From assembly GCA_964234715.1 (NCBI GenBank), contig OZ174275.1: a stretch of 64,000 nt of DNA; one strand, given 5' to 3'. Positions 32,091-45,200 of the stretch are shown here, piece by piece. The first letter of the stretch is position 1; the number at the start of each line of letters is the position of its first letter. The position numbers and the translations under genes were made by a program. The notes under the pieces are model-generated. The model was given only the letters and a program-made list of their open reading frames with translations. It searched no databases and was not told the origin of the DNA. The DNA comes from Podarcis melisellensis (lineage: Eukaryota).

Positions 32091-34410
32091 GTCCCACTGC
32101 TCCCCTGTATTTCTGCAGCTGCAAGGGAAGGACAAGTGAACACACAGCAGAGTTTGGTCTGTGCTGACTGGGGACGGCAAAACATCCACATTCACAGTGT
32201 TATGTCTGGAATAGTGAGTCCTCTTCCTAGTGTTGGCCTTCCCAGCAGGGTGTTGCGTCTTGCCCACGCTTCCTAGTGGTGATGCAATCTTTTTGGTCTG
32301 CTGCTGCAATTTGTCTGTCTTTGTCTATTCGTTTTGTTTTTTTGCACGCCGCATCCTCAGCTAGATATCCCCGCTGCTCACACCCACTGTTCATGCCCCC
32401 CCAGTAGGAGGGAAAGCTGTTTTATTGGATGGAGGGGGGTGCCAGAGGGTCTACATTGTAAATATTTTTATGAAAACATTGGTTTGTTTAGTTGGGAAGA
32501 GGTGAGAAGGGATTGGTGGTATGGAGAAAACGGGTTGAGGTGGGTTTTTCCCCTTGAGTTAGAAATTTGGGGGTGGAGGGGAAGTAGGGCTTCAAAGGAG
32601 ACATTGTGTGGAGTATATTTGCTGTCAGGACAAGATGAGGGGGCACAATTGAGCTTTGCTGCCCACCTTGTACAAGAATAGCAGCTGCTTTTGCACTTCT
32701 GAGCACTAGCCCTTTCCCTTACTTTCACCCTACAACCCAATTTCCTTTATTCAGTTCTGTGAATATGACACCTGATTTGGGCTCCAGGAAGTGGGTAGTC
32801 TGGTCCTGTAGATTCTCAACTCCAAGGCCAGGCTGCCTGCAGGCTCTTTAATCGACTTGGGAAAACACAAAGCAATTTGCAGTGACTTGAAAGCTTCCTC
32901 TTCCACTGCTGCACTTTAAAAGCAAAATCCCCTTATATCTACTTCTTGTCACCTTTCTCTAAGGCCTGGCTGAGCCAGCTCTGCCCTATGATGCACCCTG
33001 GCCAGAGCACAATCTTCTGCTGCCCTCAGCCTTGCCTTAGGGAAAAGAGCAGAGCAGCTTGAAAAGGAATGATGCGTGTGGGACGTTGGGAAGAACATTC
33101 TCCAACTCCAAGCTCTCTAGGCTTATCTCCACTCTACTCCCACTCTCAAATCACTTTTGAAACCTCAGGGGTTTCACTCTTTATAGTCTTTTGCTAATTG
33201 GAGTAGTGTGCCCATTTATGTTCTCAGGAGAAAGGAGGGACTAAATAGGAGTGGAGGATTGTTTGGGTTTTTTTTTCCAAAGGTGGTTACTGCCCCTGAT
33301 ACCTATTGCTGCTTGCACAGGTTTGCAGAATATTAATTCTAGGATCTGATGGCTGAGTCTTTCAAATATTGATTTTAAGTTGCAATGATAAAGTGGGTTT
33401 TTAATTAAATGGAAACAGAGATGCCCCCTATTGGGTGTGTATCTTTGTTAAGAGGCATCAGTCTGTCTTCAGGAATAGCGTTCTTGGCTGAGTGGATACT
33501 GCTTGCTCCCAGTAATGGATCTCATTTTTTGCCTCTTTTCCAATGATTGCTGGAGAAGCTGGGTGGGTTGGGGAGTGTCATGAATTGGCCATTTTCTTGC
33601 TGTTGAAAATTTCCAAGCTGGGCACTTCCAGGCGATTCCTGATGCTTTCACATTCTCACAAGTGACTGCAGCTTTGCAGATGCAGGCCCTGAAGCTGTGA
33701 TAGCTTGCCCTGCAGGCCTCAGCATTTTAAACTGCACTTCTGAGAGTTTATGACCAAGGTGAAGGTGCTGCCTCTCAGCAAGAGGGGCCACCAATCAATT
33801 CCAAGCACATTTGCAAGACCCCAGTTCTTGCCTTTTGCACCCTTCAAGTTTCATCACTTGCTGAGTCAGTCACTGGCCCACTCTTTGTATTAAGGATGGC
33901 TGCCTGTCTCAGGTTCCTTCAGTCATGGGGCAATGATTTTCTTGAAATGCAAAATGATCTTGTTCTCCAGAGTTGGTTTCCTTTCTGACCTGTGTTGCCT
34001 GCCCCAGCCCAGCCCAGCCCCAGTCAAATGTTGAGGGGAGGATGCCTGTTAATACAGCTTCCTCCTAATGTCTGCACTTTGGAAATGGGCAGCCACGTAG
34101 CACTGAGTGTGGAGCTTGCTCGCCTTTGTGTTGTGTCCTGACCACAAATTTTGCTACCCCTACCACCAGCCAGAAGCCCTAGCTTTCCCATTCTGGTGCA
34201 GGAGGCATGTTATATGTTTGTGTTTTTCTCTGAAGCTCTAAGCTGTCTTCCTCTCCTTTGGTGGCAACAGCGCCATAATGCTCCATGATAGGGGCCTTCT
34301 GAGGAAGGGCTGGGAGGCTGCTGATGTCACCCAGGAAAGGCAGAGGGCTTTGAACTGTGTAGCGGTGTTTATTCTATGGCTAAATATTTAAAACAAACTG
34401 TAGTCTTTTT

Positions 34411-34416
34411 AATAAA
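34411..34416 (+). terminator. Probable RETREG2 polyadenylation signal (AATAAA)
   Basis: AATAAA about 2.3 kb after the stop codon, followed by a GT/T-rich tract (gatgtgaattttgggtt). Confidence 0.6.
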
Positions 34417-34843
34417 AAAGGTTCAAAGATGTGAATTTTGGGTTAAAAGTTCTAACTCTTCATCTTATCCAGTCACCCAGAAACCCCGCCTTTCTCAATT
34501 TCCCAGGTATCCCTGATGCACTGGGATCTGGCAGCCATTTTAAGCCTATGTCCAGATGGTTATTACCCTAGTTATGGTCTTTCCTGATAGTATTCAGTAT
34601 TCCATTGCACATGCTTTGCACGCCATTGTTGGCTCAAATTCGGGAAGTTATGTCCAGTGTTCAGTAACTGCTGTAGGTGAGCAGCTGGCACAACCTTGAA
34701 CTGAAGGCAAGATGGCAGTAATGCTACACGAGCCATCATATCCTTTAGTATCTTCTCAGTTCCAGTTCTCACAACCACCCAAAGTTGTAGTAAGCATGTG
34801 CCTTGTACTATGTCAGGATCCAGGTGGGAATACACACAATTGC

Positions 34844-34932
34844 GTCTACGGCCATACTACCCTGAACACGCCCGATCTCGTCTGATCTCGGAAGCTAAGC
34901 AGGGTCAGGCCTGGTTAGTACTTGGATGGGAG
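34844..34932 (+). pseudogene. 3'-truncated 5S rRNA retropseudogene (nt 1-89) with 17-18 bp target-site duplication
   Basis: gtctacggccatactaccctgaacacgcccgatctcgtctgatctcggaagctaagcagggtcaggcctggttagtacttggatgggag matches recalled vertebrate 5S nt 1-89 with about 3 substitutions. Flanked by gggaatacacacaattgc at 34826-34843 and 34932-34949. No 3' end, no poly(A), no T-run terminator. Confidence 0.92.
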
Positions 34933-36233
34933 GGAATACACACAATTGCATGCTGTACCATACAGTTTGGTTTGTTGTTGAAAACTAGTGCATTTGGAGT
35001 GAAGAATAGAACTTTGCTCTTCATGCTAATGGACACGACAGCTTGAGGTGGTTTCTTAATGCTGCTGTTCCCCTTTATTGCCTCTCATTTAACAGCTACC
35101 CTAAGGTAACTGAGAAGTCTGTAAAGCCTATTAACAGCAGGTGTCATTTGAGGTTGGATAGCTGAGTAAATTAAAGGAATAGAGATACAGCTATAACTCT
35201 CCTAACTCATCTAACCTAAGTTCTTCCATGCAATGTGGAAACCGTTGTCAGTTCAGCTTCCTTTTCTGCTAGATTCTCAAACCAAGATGATTAATCCAGT
35301 TTAGCTGCTTTTGATTCTATGGGCTCTACACCTAGTGTTCCCGGAGTTCAGCCCCTATGCACAGCAAAGATAGACTTTCCAAACAAATGGTGCTAAGCTT
35401 GCAAAATTAGTTTACTACAGGTGCATTGGGTTCTTCAGCATATATGGTTTTCAGCCCATGGACTGCATTCCATTCAGGCAGGCTTCCAAGGACCACATGC
35501 TAGTGCTGGTGATTGTAAATTTTAACTTTGAACTGTAGGTTCTTTCTATCCTACATCCAGGCAAGCAAATGGCATTATCACAATGCTAGGGACACATTTC
35601 AGCCAGGCAAAAACACTCAAGCAGGGCTGCTAAGAAGAGTCCTAAGGATTGGATAGTGAGGCTTGGTGGATTGCATTTCGGGCCCGAGCCTGAGTTTTCT
35701 TATCTCAGACACACTGCGTGATACAGTAGCTCTCACAAAAGCCTGCTTTTATTTGAGTGTAAGATTATGGCTCACATATCCACATTTATGCAGAAGTAAG
35801 CCCTACAATGTTCAGCATAGCTTGTTTACAGCTGAATGTGTTTAGAATTGCAACCTTACTTTTTTCATTTGTACATTCCCCCACTAATTCCCAACACAAA
35901 TATGGAAGATAATTTTTCATGTTCAATTTTGTAACAAATGTTTCAAGTTAGGTAGATTATGTGGCAAAATGTTCATATATTTTCTGCATCTAAGTGTGTT
36001 TTTGGCATAGGGTGTAATTCAGTGTAGCACTTAGTGGTGTAGGTATGCATGAAATGAGGTCCCCAATCCTCTAGCACAAATTTTAGGGGAAGAGGGAGTT
36101 CTGTTGCATGAATGGATGCCATTCTGCACCCACAACTTATTTTTTAAGACCTCTGGGTGGGATTCAACTCTCTTCCACCAATTGCCTCTAGGCTACATCC
36201 ATATGGAGGAACATGAGAGAAAACAAACCAGGT

Positions 36234-36239
36234 TTTATT
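36234..36239 (-). terminator. Probable STK36 polyadenylation signal
   Basis: tttatt on + strand about 710 nt past the STK36 stop; a second, proximal copy lies at 36449-36454. Confidence 0.5.
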
Positions 36240-36944
36240 ACAAAAGCACACTATTAAATATATAAAAAAGAGACCAACTGGGTCAGGGTCCTAGTCAAAG
36301 AAATACTGAAACAAATAATGCATGCAATCCATTACAGTTGATCAGAGGCTCCAGGGGGGATACTATAACTCCTATCAAAAACTGAAAATGCTTCCTGCCT
36401 TCTGACCCACAACTTAACCTGCAAAAGTCAAAGCAAAAGAGGTACTACTTTATTCTGGCCAGCGATGCCACTGTTCTCTTTTCTGCTTTTAAGTAGCGAT
36501 GCTTGGTGAATTGTGGCTGTCCACTCTTCTTCTTCAAGGGGAAAGGAAGAAATTCTCAGAAAAAAAGAAAAAAACAACTTCATGAAAGACCAGTATCCCA
36601 AGGCACTTAATGTAGAGTGCACTGAGCTAAGGTTTTTGCTACACATGAGCTACACGTCTTGTTTAGGTAGGAGAACACAGCAGCTTGGCTTTTTCCGTGG
36701 ATGGTTCATAGCAAGAAAATGGTGAATGGCTCTGAACAGCAGACTGTGGCACCTCTGTTCAGATGATGTAAAACAGAGTTCTACTTCCAACTACTTCCAA
36801 CTTCAGCTAGAAAGGCTAGCACGCTCTTGACATTTTGGCATATCGAAGGCCACTCCAAGACAGTAGCTGCAATGATATTTCAGCTCCATGGTTCTCAAAA
36901 CCTGGTGTTTGGAAGGAAGAGCACATTGGAACCCTCTTGAATTC

Positions 36945-39900
36945 TCAGGCACTGTGTGCAGGCTGCAGAAGGTGGATCAATTTCTTACAATGCCTTGATG
37001 ATGAGGGCCGTGGGCTGCTGTAGGCACTAGTCTGAGGTTTGTTACATGAAAGTGCTTCCAACTTTTCACTTGCTCCGAGTGACACCAGCACCTGGAAAGG
37101 AGATTAGGACAGATATATGTTGTGCCCTGGCATAGCCTATTGTGCTAAGCTATGTAGGGCATTAGCACAATTACTTAGAGAGGGCCTGTGTTTTTAATCC
37201 TGCATCCAACATCACTTCCGCATTATCAGGACACTGTGCTGGGATTTCCATCTACTGCAAGTAATGCACAGCTGATTGAGGAATATGTTATGTTGGGGAT
37301 GGGACTGAAAACATTACCCCTTTTGAGTAATTATGGTAACTCCCTCAATGTGAATAACACAGCAATAGGATTCTATAGAGAGCCTCATAACTCCAGTGTA
37401 TCTTCAACGTCTGGTACTGAGAAAGATGTCATTCTGACAGAGCTGTTCAATAGTGGAACGAACAGACTCCCATGAGAGGTGTTGGACTCTCCTTCCTTGG
37501 AAGTTGTTAAACGGAGGTTGGATGGCCACTTGTCACATATGATCTAGTTGAGATTCCTGCATTGTAGGGAGTTGGGCTAGATGACCCTCAGGAACCCTTT
37601 CGACTTTACAATTCTATGGTTCTTGGGGAACACAGTCATGTTTTCATAGAAAGGGGACTAGCAACTTAGGGTTGTATTCAGTGTACTATCAGTGCAAGGC
37701 CTTTTGGCTGTGCAAAGTAACTCCCCTTCCTCCCTGCAAACCCTCTAAATCTGTTAAGGGGCTTCCACAGCCATCCAAAGCAAATTTGGGGAAGGTGTGA
37801 GGTGCACAAGAATCAAGGACAGTTCCATTGCACAAATGCCAATCCTTGCACTAACAGAGCAAGTGCATTGGATACCACCCTTACACATAAAAAGTGATGA
37901 TTGTAACTAGGTAAAGGAAGAATGAGATCTACTGTTGGATGATCTAATATAAGCTCAGGGACACTTGGAACCAACAAAGTTATCATGCAAAAAACATGTA
38001 TTCCTTGAGAATCCAGAGGTGTGATAGTTTGGAGCTCACTTATGTGCAACTGTTTTTGAAAGAATGGAACAGGTTGAATTATATTGATAACTGCTAATTA
38101 AGATGACAAAGCAAGTCAGCTATCACACAATGACTGTTTGTAAAGTGCTTCTCTCATAGAAAGGAAGGGTCAAGAGAATATGGCAGCTAATAGCAGCAAT
38201 GAACTCTCAAGCCCCCCTGCCAACAAGAACCTACCAATGTCATTTTCCTTTTTTGCCCCAATGTACAAACCTCAATTCTTGACCAGCAAGCAAAGCTTCA
38301 TTATCCTCAACAACCACGGCAGATAACCTTGCAATAAGGCTTCCGTTATGCATTGTCAGGAATTAACTGAAGCACAATAAATCTGACTGCTGGTTTTTTT
38401 AGGGCCTGCCCTCAGCTCGCCAAGACTTTTCCCTCCACAGTTGCTGAACTAATACCTGGTGGATCCTGGGCTGCTGGCCCATAGATCGAAGAGCAATGAG
38501 TGCTGCCTCTTGCACAGCTGGTTGCGAATCATGGCAGGCCACATCCAATAGACGACCTGGTACCCTGCTCTGGATCAGCAAATCTTCCAGTTCCACCGAC
38601 TGGCGGCCCAAGTTGCCCAGTGCTGAAGCTGCATTACAGCGGGTCTTGGCTTGCGGATCACTCAGGAGCTGAACAACCCAAGGGACTGCTTTGCTGAGGG
38701 CTGGAGTAAGAGGGCCAGCCTGGTAGGCTGCATTGCCAACAGCAAAGCTGGCTGAGCGTCGCACATGTTCGTCCTCATCCGAAAGGCATTCCAGCAGATG
38801 TTCCAGCAGCCCAATCTGGTCCTGCAGAACCTGAGGAAACCCCTGTCTGTGGCGCAGCAAGTTCCCCAAAAGGCTGCAAGTTTTGGCACGAACCGGGCAT
38901 TCTTGGTGGCACAGCAAGTGGCTCAGTGGTTGGGAAGCAGAGTCTGAACCACATAGGAGTCTCTGTAGGAAAGGCAAGTGAGCTGGACTGGCCCGGGCTA
39001 TGTGGGTGAGCAGAGAGAGCAAGTCTGCAGTAAGGGCTACTTGGTCTGATAGCAAAATGGCAGACAAGAAGGCAACAGCATGCTTTGAGGCAGCCACCCC
39101 CACCACCTGCTCAATGACTCCCTCGTCGCTCAGCACCAAGTGGCACAGGAGACTCAATGGCAACTCTGTCTCTGAGAAGGGAAGGTGGTGAATGCAGGCC
39201 TACAAAGAAAGCAAAAGCAGAATAGTGTCTCAAAGTGTGCATACCAGTATGAAGTTGGCAACAACAAAGTTGTGTTTGTGCAAAGACTTCTGCTTATGCT
39301 ATGGAACTTACTTTCCTCACCCTAGCCACAAAATCTATTTGTAGCCTTTCTACAAACTGGACAACTTTGTTGGACATAACTCTGAACCTTTATCATTTTA
39401 AAAATGTTTCCCATAAAGGGTAAAAATTCCTTTATGTCTTTATGAGACTGGCATTTCCATCCCTTCCCCAGCCTACAACCCCCTTCAAAAAAGGCATTTG
39501 GTGCCTTGTTTTATGAAAAGCAGTTTTTTGAGTGCATCCACATAAGCACAACCACCATGAATCAGGTTGAAAGGCATTGCTTTGTGTGGAGCAGGGCAAC
39601 TGGTCTGGCTAAGGCAGAGTCTGCATCTAGTGCTTAGACGACCAACATGAGAAAAGGTTTACCTGGAGTAAACGTGCAGGGATTTCAGAGTCCCTTAGAC
39701 CTGTTGTAATAAGCTCTAAAGTTTCAGGGTCCATGTCCAGAGCAAAGGGGAAACACAACAGCTGGCAAATTTGGAGCACAACAGCTGATACCAGCTCTGG
39801 GTCACCATCCTCTTGCATCTGCCTGGAAGAGGGAAGAAAGTCGTCAAAGTGAGGTGTTAACTTCCAGCTGTAAGTATATTTGGGCTGCAATAGTAAGCTC

Positions 39901-42159
39901 CAGACTCCGGTCTGAAACCCTGGAGAGCCTCTTATCTGTCAAGTGTAGACAATAAATGAAAATGAGGTAGACTAATAGTCTAACTTGGTATAAGGCAACA
40001 TTCTATATTCCATCTGCCCTGCCCTGGCCTTCAGCCATTACATGCTGGTTTTAAGGGATGTCTTGAACAAAAAGTTAACTGCTCTGAGCCAAATCACTGT
40101 TTTTTATAAAAGAAGCAAATATGCTCTTTTATAGCTATGTTACACCAAGCGGGACACGGGTGGTGCTGTGGTCTAAACCACTGAGCCTAGGGCTTGCTGA
40201 TCAGAAGGCCGGTAGTTCGAATCCCCGCAATGAGGTGAGCTCCCATTGCTCGGTCCCAGCTCCTGCCAACCTAGCAGTTCGAAAGTACATCAAAGTGCAA
40301 GTAGATACATAGGTACCACTCCGGCGGGAAGGTAAACAGCGTTTCTATGCGCTGCTCTGGTTTTGCCAGAAGCGGCTTAGTCATGCTGGCCACATGACCC
40401 AGAAAAACTGTTGGCTCCCTCAGCCACTAAAGTGAGATGAGTGCCACAACCCCAGAGTCGTTCGCGACTGAACTTAACTGTCAGGGGTCCTTTAACTTTT
40501 TTGTGTTATACCAAAGCAGAAATAGGCTTAATGTGCACACCTTATTTTGACTGTAATTTTTGGAATTAGGAATCAAATTCATTGGCGAAGTTTGGAAAAG
40601 GGCAAGGAATAAGGTTTACATAGGGATGCTGTAATAAGAAGCTGAAGCTGAGGAGAGTTTGGGAGATATGCAGAGCACAACTAGTGCCTCTTTCTAATCT
40701 AATCTAATCTAATCTAATCCAATGGCCTGCTCAATAAAAACCTTTACGGACAAGTATAATCCTAAAAACTTCATCTTTAATATAAAAGCAAAGGTTGTTA
40801 GAAAGCCAGGTTCAGCTACATGTATCTGGAACATTCCTGAGATTGAACATAGGGACACAGAAGGTTGCATATCATCCACTTCTGCGTCTTGGGGCAGCTT
40901 TCTTGCTGAAAATGGAAGTTGGTAAGAAGGGGAGGAGCTAAACCAAAATCAGGGTTGGGGGAGACTATTGCTGTGCTGTGTTTGGGTAAATGACAAGTAT
41001 GTTTCTATGCAGCAGCCCCCTGCCCTTGTCCCACTCTAGCAGCATTTAGTTTACTTCCTTCTATAGTTCAGCCCCGGATTTATCACTCACGTTTGTGCCA
41101 AGTAAGTCAGGAAGTCAGGCTCAAGCAGCTTGCTCAGAGTTGCCATCATGACCCCATTGGGCTGGCCCAGCTGGAGAAGGCACTGGTGAGGCTCTCGTGT
41201 GAAGATGAAGAGGGCTAAGCTGAGGAAGAGCAAGGTTCCTACAGCAGGGAAAGTACGAGTGAGTACCCCTTAGCCACCTATTCAATGTCCCCTTGCCTTT
41301 CCCAATCGGAGAGGTGACTGCCAGAACCAGGCCTGGCACCATGGAAAGACTGTGAGCATCCTTATATACAGCCTCACCAAGACGATCCTCCTCAGCTCTG
41401 TCTTCTGACACGTAAATAGCAAGAGGAGATGCCCAAGAGGCAATTTGGGGTGGTTCTTACTAAAGGAAAGCCACTTTGTACCTTGTGGTGAGATGAGGTT
41501 CCAGTATGGCTCTGGTGCCTGCTGGCCAGCTCTCGGGGTGTCTCCTTCCATCACTGGCTCCTGAGAAGTCAAGTGGAGCACCATGGCAAAGCGATGCCAC
41601 ACGATGCCCCAGAGTTCGGAGGTAGCAAACTCCCGCACTACTGCTGCATCTCCCTGATGGAAGAGAAACAAGCCCCAGAGCAGTGAGATGGGAGCCTAAA
41701 CACCCTATCCTGCATTGCACCTCAGGGATTTGGCTCATCGGAGACACCTTAATTCCATGGATGCTCCCTCTGTAGCCTGACAGACCTAAACCCTTTCTGA
41801 TTGGACCTCTCTTCCCACCTGTATCTAAAAAGCAGGAAGCTGGGCGTCCACTAAGAGGAATTGTTGCACATAACTCAGCTGATATGCCCAGAAAGGGCAG
41901 TGACTTAACTGTCCTCCCCATTTTGCTAGGGAATTTAAGGTCTTCATCACCAACAAATGCAACATATATTTTCAAAGATGGAACAGGGTCAATCCTGCAG
42001 AATCCTAAGACTCTGCTTTTATTACATTTTAGCTATCATAATATATTTTAATTGGGCGGAAGCAAACTTCTAGTCCATAAGAGGGGAAAAACAATGTGGT
42101 AATATACAGGTGGCTATAGGTGAGAGTTTGGCTGGAGTTTCTTCACACGCACAAATATA

Positions 42160-42210
<51 letters not shown>

Positions 42211-45200
42211 TATTATTATTATTATTATTATTATTTATTATTTATACCCCGCCCATCTGGCTGAGTTTCCCCAGCCACTCTGGGCGGCTCCCAATCAGTG
42301 TTAAAAACAGTACAGCATTACATATTAAAAACTTCCCTGAACAGGGCTGCCTTAAGATGTTTTCTGAATGTCAGGTAATTCTTTATCTCTTTGACATCTG
42401 ATGGGAGGGCGTTCCACAGGGCGGGCGCCACTACCGAGAAGGCCCTCTGTCTGGTTCCCTGTAGCCTCACTTCTCGCAATGAGGGAACCGCCAGAAGGCC
42501 CTCGGCGCTGGATCTCAGTGTCCGGGCTGAACGATGGGGGTGGAGACGCTCCTTCAGGTATACAGGACCGAGGCCGTTTAGGGCTTTAAAGGTCAGCACC
42601 AACACTTTGAATCGTGCTCGGAAACGTACTGGGAGCCAGTGCAGATCTCTCAGAACCGGTGTTATGTGGTCCCGGCGGCCACTCCCAGTCACCAGTCTAG
42701 CTGCCGCATTCTGGATTAATTGCAGTTTCCGGGTCACCTTCAAAGGTAGCCCCACGTAGAGCGCGTTGCAGTAGTCCAAGCGTGAGATAACTAGAGCATG
42801 CACCACTCTGGCGAGACAGTCCGCGGGGAGGTAGGGTCTTAGCCTGCGTACCAGGTGGAGCTGGTAGACAGCTGCCCTGGACACAGAGTTAACCTGCGCC
42901 TCCATGGACAGCTGTGAGTCCAAAATGACTCCCAGGCTGCGCACCTGGTCCTTCAGGGGCACAGTTACCCCATTCAGGACCAGGGAATCCTCCACACCTG
43001 CCCGCCTCCTGTCCCCCAAAAACAGTACTTCTGTCTTGTCAGGATTCAACCTCAATCTGTTAGCCGCCATCCAACCTCCCACCGCCTCCAGGCACTCACA
43101 CAGGACCTTCACCGCCTTCACTGGTTCTGATTTAAAGGAGAGGTAGAGCTGGGTGTCATCTGCATACTGATGAACACCCAGTCCAAACCCCCTGATGATC
43201 TCTCCCAGCGGCTTCATATAGATATTAAAAAGCATGGGGGAGAGGACAGAACCCTGAGGCACCCCACAAGTGAGAGCCCAGTGGTCTGAACACTCACCCC
43301 CCCCCACCACTTTCTGGACACGGCCCAGGAGGAAGGAGCGGAACCACTGTATGACAGTGCCCCCAGCTCCCAGCCCCTCTAGACGGTCCAGAAGGATGTT
43401 ATGGTCGATGGTGTCAAAGGCCGCTGAGAGATCCAGCAGAACTAGGAAACAGCTCTCACCTTTGTCCCTAGCCCGCCGGAGATCATCAACCAGCGCGACC
43501 AAGGCAGTTTCAGTCCCATGGTGAGGCCTGAATCCCGATTGGAAGGGATCCAAATGGTACATACATAGCAAATTGTAGATAAGAATAGTGCAATGTCCTC
43601 AACTGTATTTTTTTTAACTTTCAAATTCTGTAGAAAGAACTGAGCCACCTAGCCAGGAAATATGCTTGGAAATTATCATATCTGTATAACTATGTTAGCA
43701 AATTGGGTTGTTTAGGTCCAGTTCTAGACGGTACTGTCTTTCTCTATCTCAGTGTTACCCAACCTGGTGCCCTCCAGATGTTTGGAACTCCACCTCCCAT
43801 CAGTCCCAGTTAAGTGTAGATTAGAAAATGGTTGGGGTGATGACAATTGTGGCCCAAAACATTGAGGATGCCAGGTTGGGGAGGGCTGCTCCGTCCTTTG
43901 ACCCAAAGTGGCCCTTCCAACTTCCAAGGAAGTCCATGAACAGACAGGACAGCACCTGGATGAGAGCCAGTTCCCTACTGCCAAGAGCTGAGGGGCTACA
44001 CACGGCCTTGGCGGAATAAAGCAGGCCATTGCTTACCCTACCCCATTCTGCTTCACCTAACAGCAAATACTTTCCCTAATACCTCCTGGATCATTTGTGT
44101 ACATCCTCTTGAGCAGCCTTTACCAACCAGGTGCCCCCAGATGTTAGACCATAACTGTTTGTTGGACCACATGCTGGCTGGGGCTGATGGAAATTACAAT
44201 CTAGCAACATCTGGAGGTCACCAGGCTGGCCAGTGCTGCTCTAAAGAATGCAAGGGAGCTGCTTGGTGGGGCATGAAGTCATACCTGGCTTAATAGCTGC
44301 AGCATCAAGAGCAGGAGCCCATCATAGAAGCCAGCTCCCATGGGAGGTGGCAGGCATAGCTGAAAGACACCAAGAGAAAGGACTAGACCCGAGACAGTGA
44401 CCTCAAAGTCAGCCACTATATGGCATGACAAGCATGACACAGCCAGTGGCCTATGTGTCCTGATTTGCCCCTGTCTGCCTGGAGCTGGTTTCTTACCTCC
44501 GCAGGTTCTGTGAATACAGTAGCTATAATGGCCATGGCTTCCTCTTGCCTGAGCATCACAGCAGCGCCATTTTGAATGAAGTATGTCAGCAGCAATCCTG
44601 CAGCACTCTGCATAAGAGAGAGAGACCCCTCTGTGTGCAAGAATGGCCAGAATGCCTTCTTTACTTGCACTAGATGCAAATCTAGTTATTAGACTCCCTG
44701 CAGGAATGGGAATGCTGCTTTCTCCTTCATAGTCTACAGAAGTCCAACTCCGATACCTCTGATATGACAGGGTAACAGGCAGACCATGCCATTTCTTTGC
44801 AGTCCAGAAGTATCTAGTACAGTGGTGCCCCGCAAGATGAATGCCTCACAAGACGGAAAACCCGCTAGATGAAAGGGTTTTCCGTTTTGGAGGTGCTTCG
44901 CAAAACGAATTTCCTATGGGCTTGCTTTGCAAGACGAAAATGTCTTGCGAGTTCCTGCGGGGTTTTTTTCCTCCCCCCCGCTTTTTCCCAAGCTGCTAAG
45001 CCGCTTATCAGCTGATCCGCTAAGCCCGCTAAACCGCTAATAGCGTTAATCCGCTAAGGCGCTTCGCAAGACGAAAAAACCGCAAGACGAAGAGACTCGC
45101 GGAACGGATTCTTTTCGGCTTGCGAGGCACCACTGTACACACTTGTGGGACATGTGTTTTTCACAGCTTGTGAAGCTCTGTCTACAATACCTCCAACTGT

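Noticed and set aside
31499-32309. Antisense ORFs over RETREG2 exon 9, and over STK36 exon 38456-39199 and the L2 ORF
   Set aside because: Shadows of real coding frames
34844-34932. Functional 5S rRNA gene
   Set aside because: It lacks the 3' ~30 nt and the T-run terminator, is a single copy rather than a tandem array, and is flanked by a TSD
38399-38455. Alternative STK36 C-terminus by read-through into the last intron (VLVQQLW..*)
   Set aside because: The VLV match to the true last exon is probably chance; no nearby poly(A) signal was seen and a complete canonical last exon exists at 36945-37091
43440-43610. In-frame STK36-L2 RT fusion via a cryptic acceptor
   Set aside because: The AG acceptors examined near the L2 5' junction are out of phase with the phase-0 upstream exon
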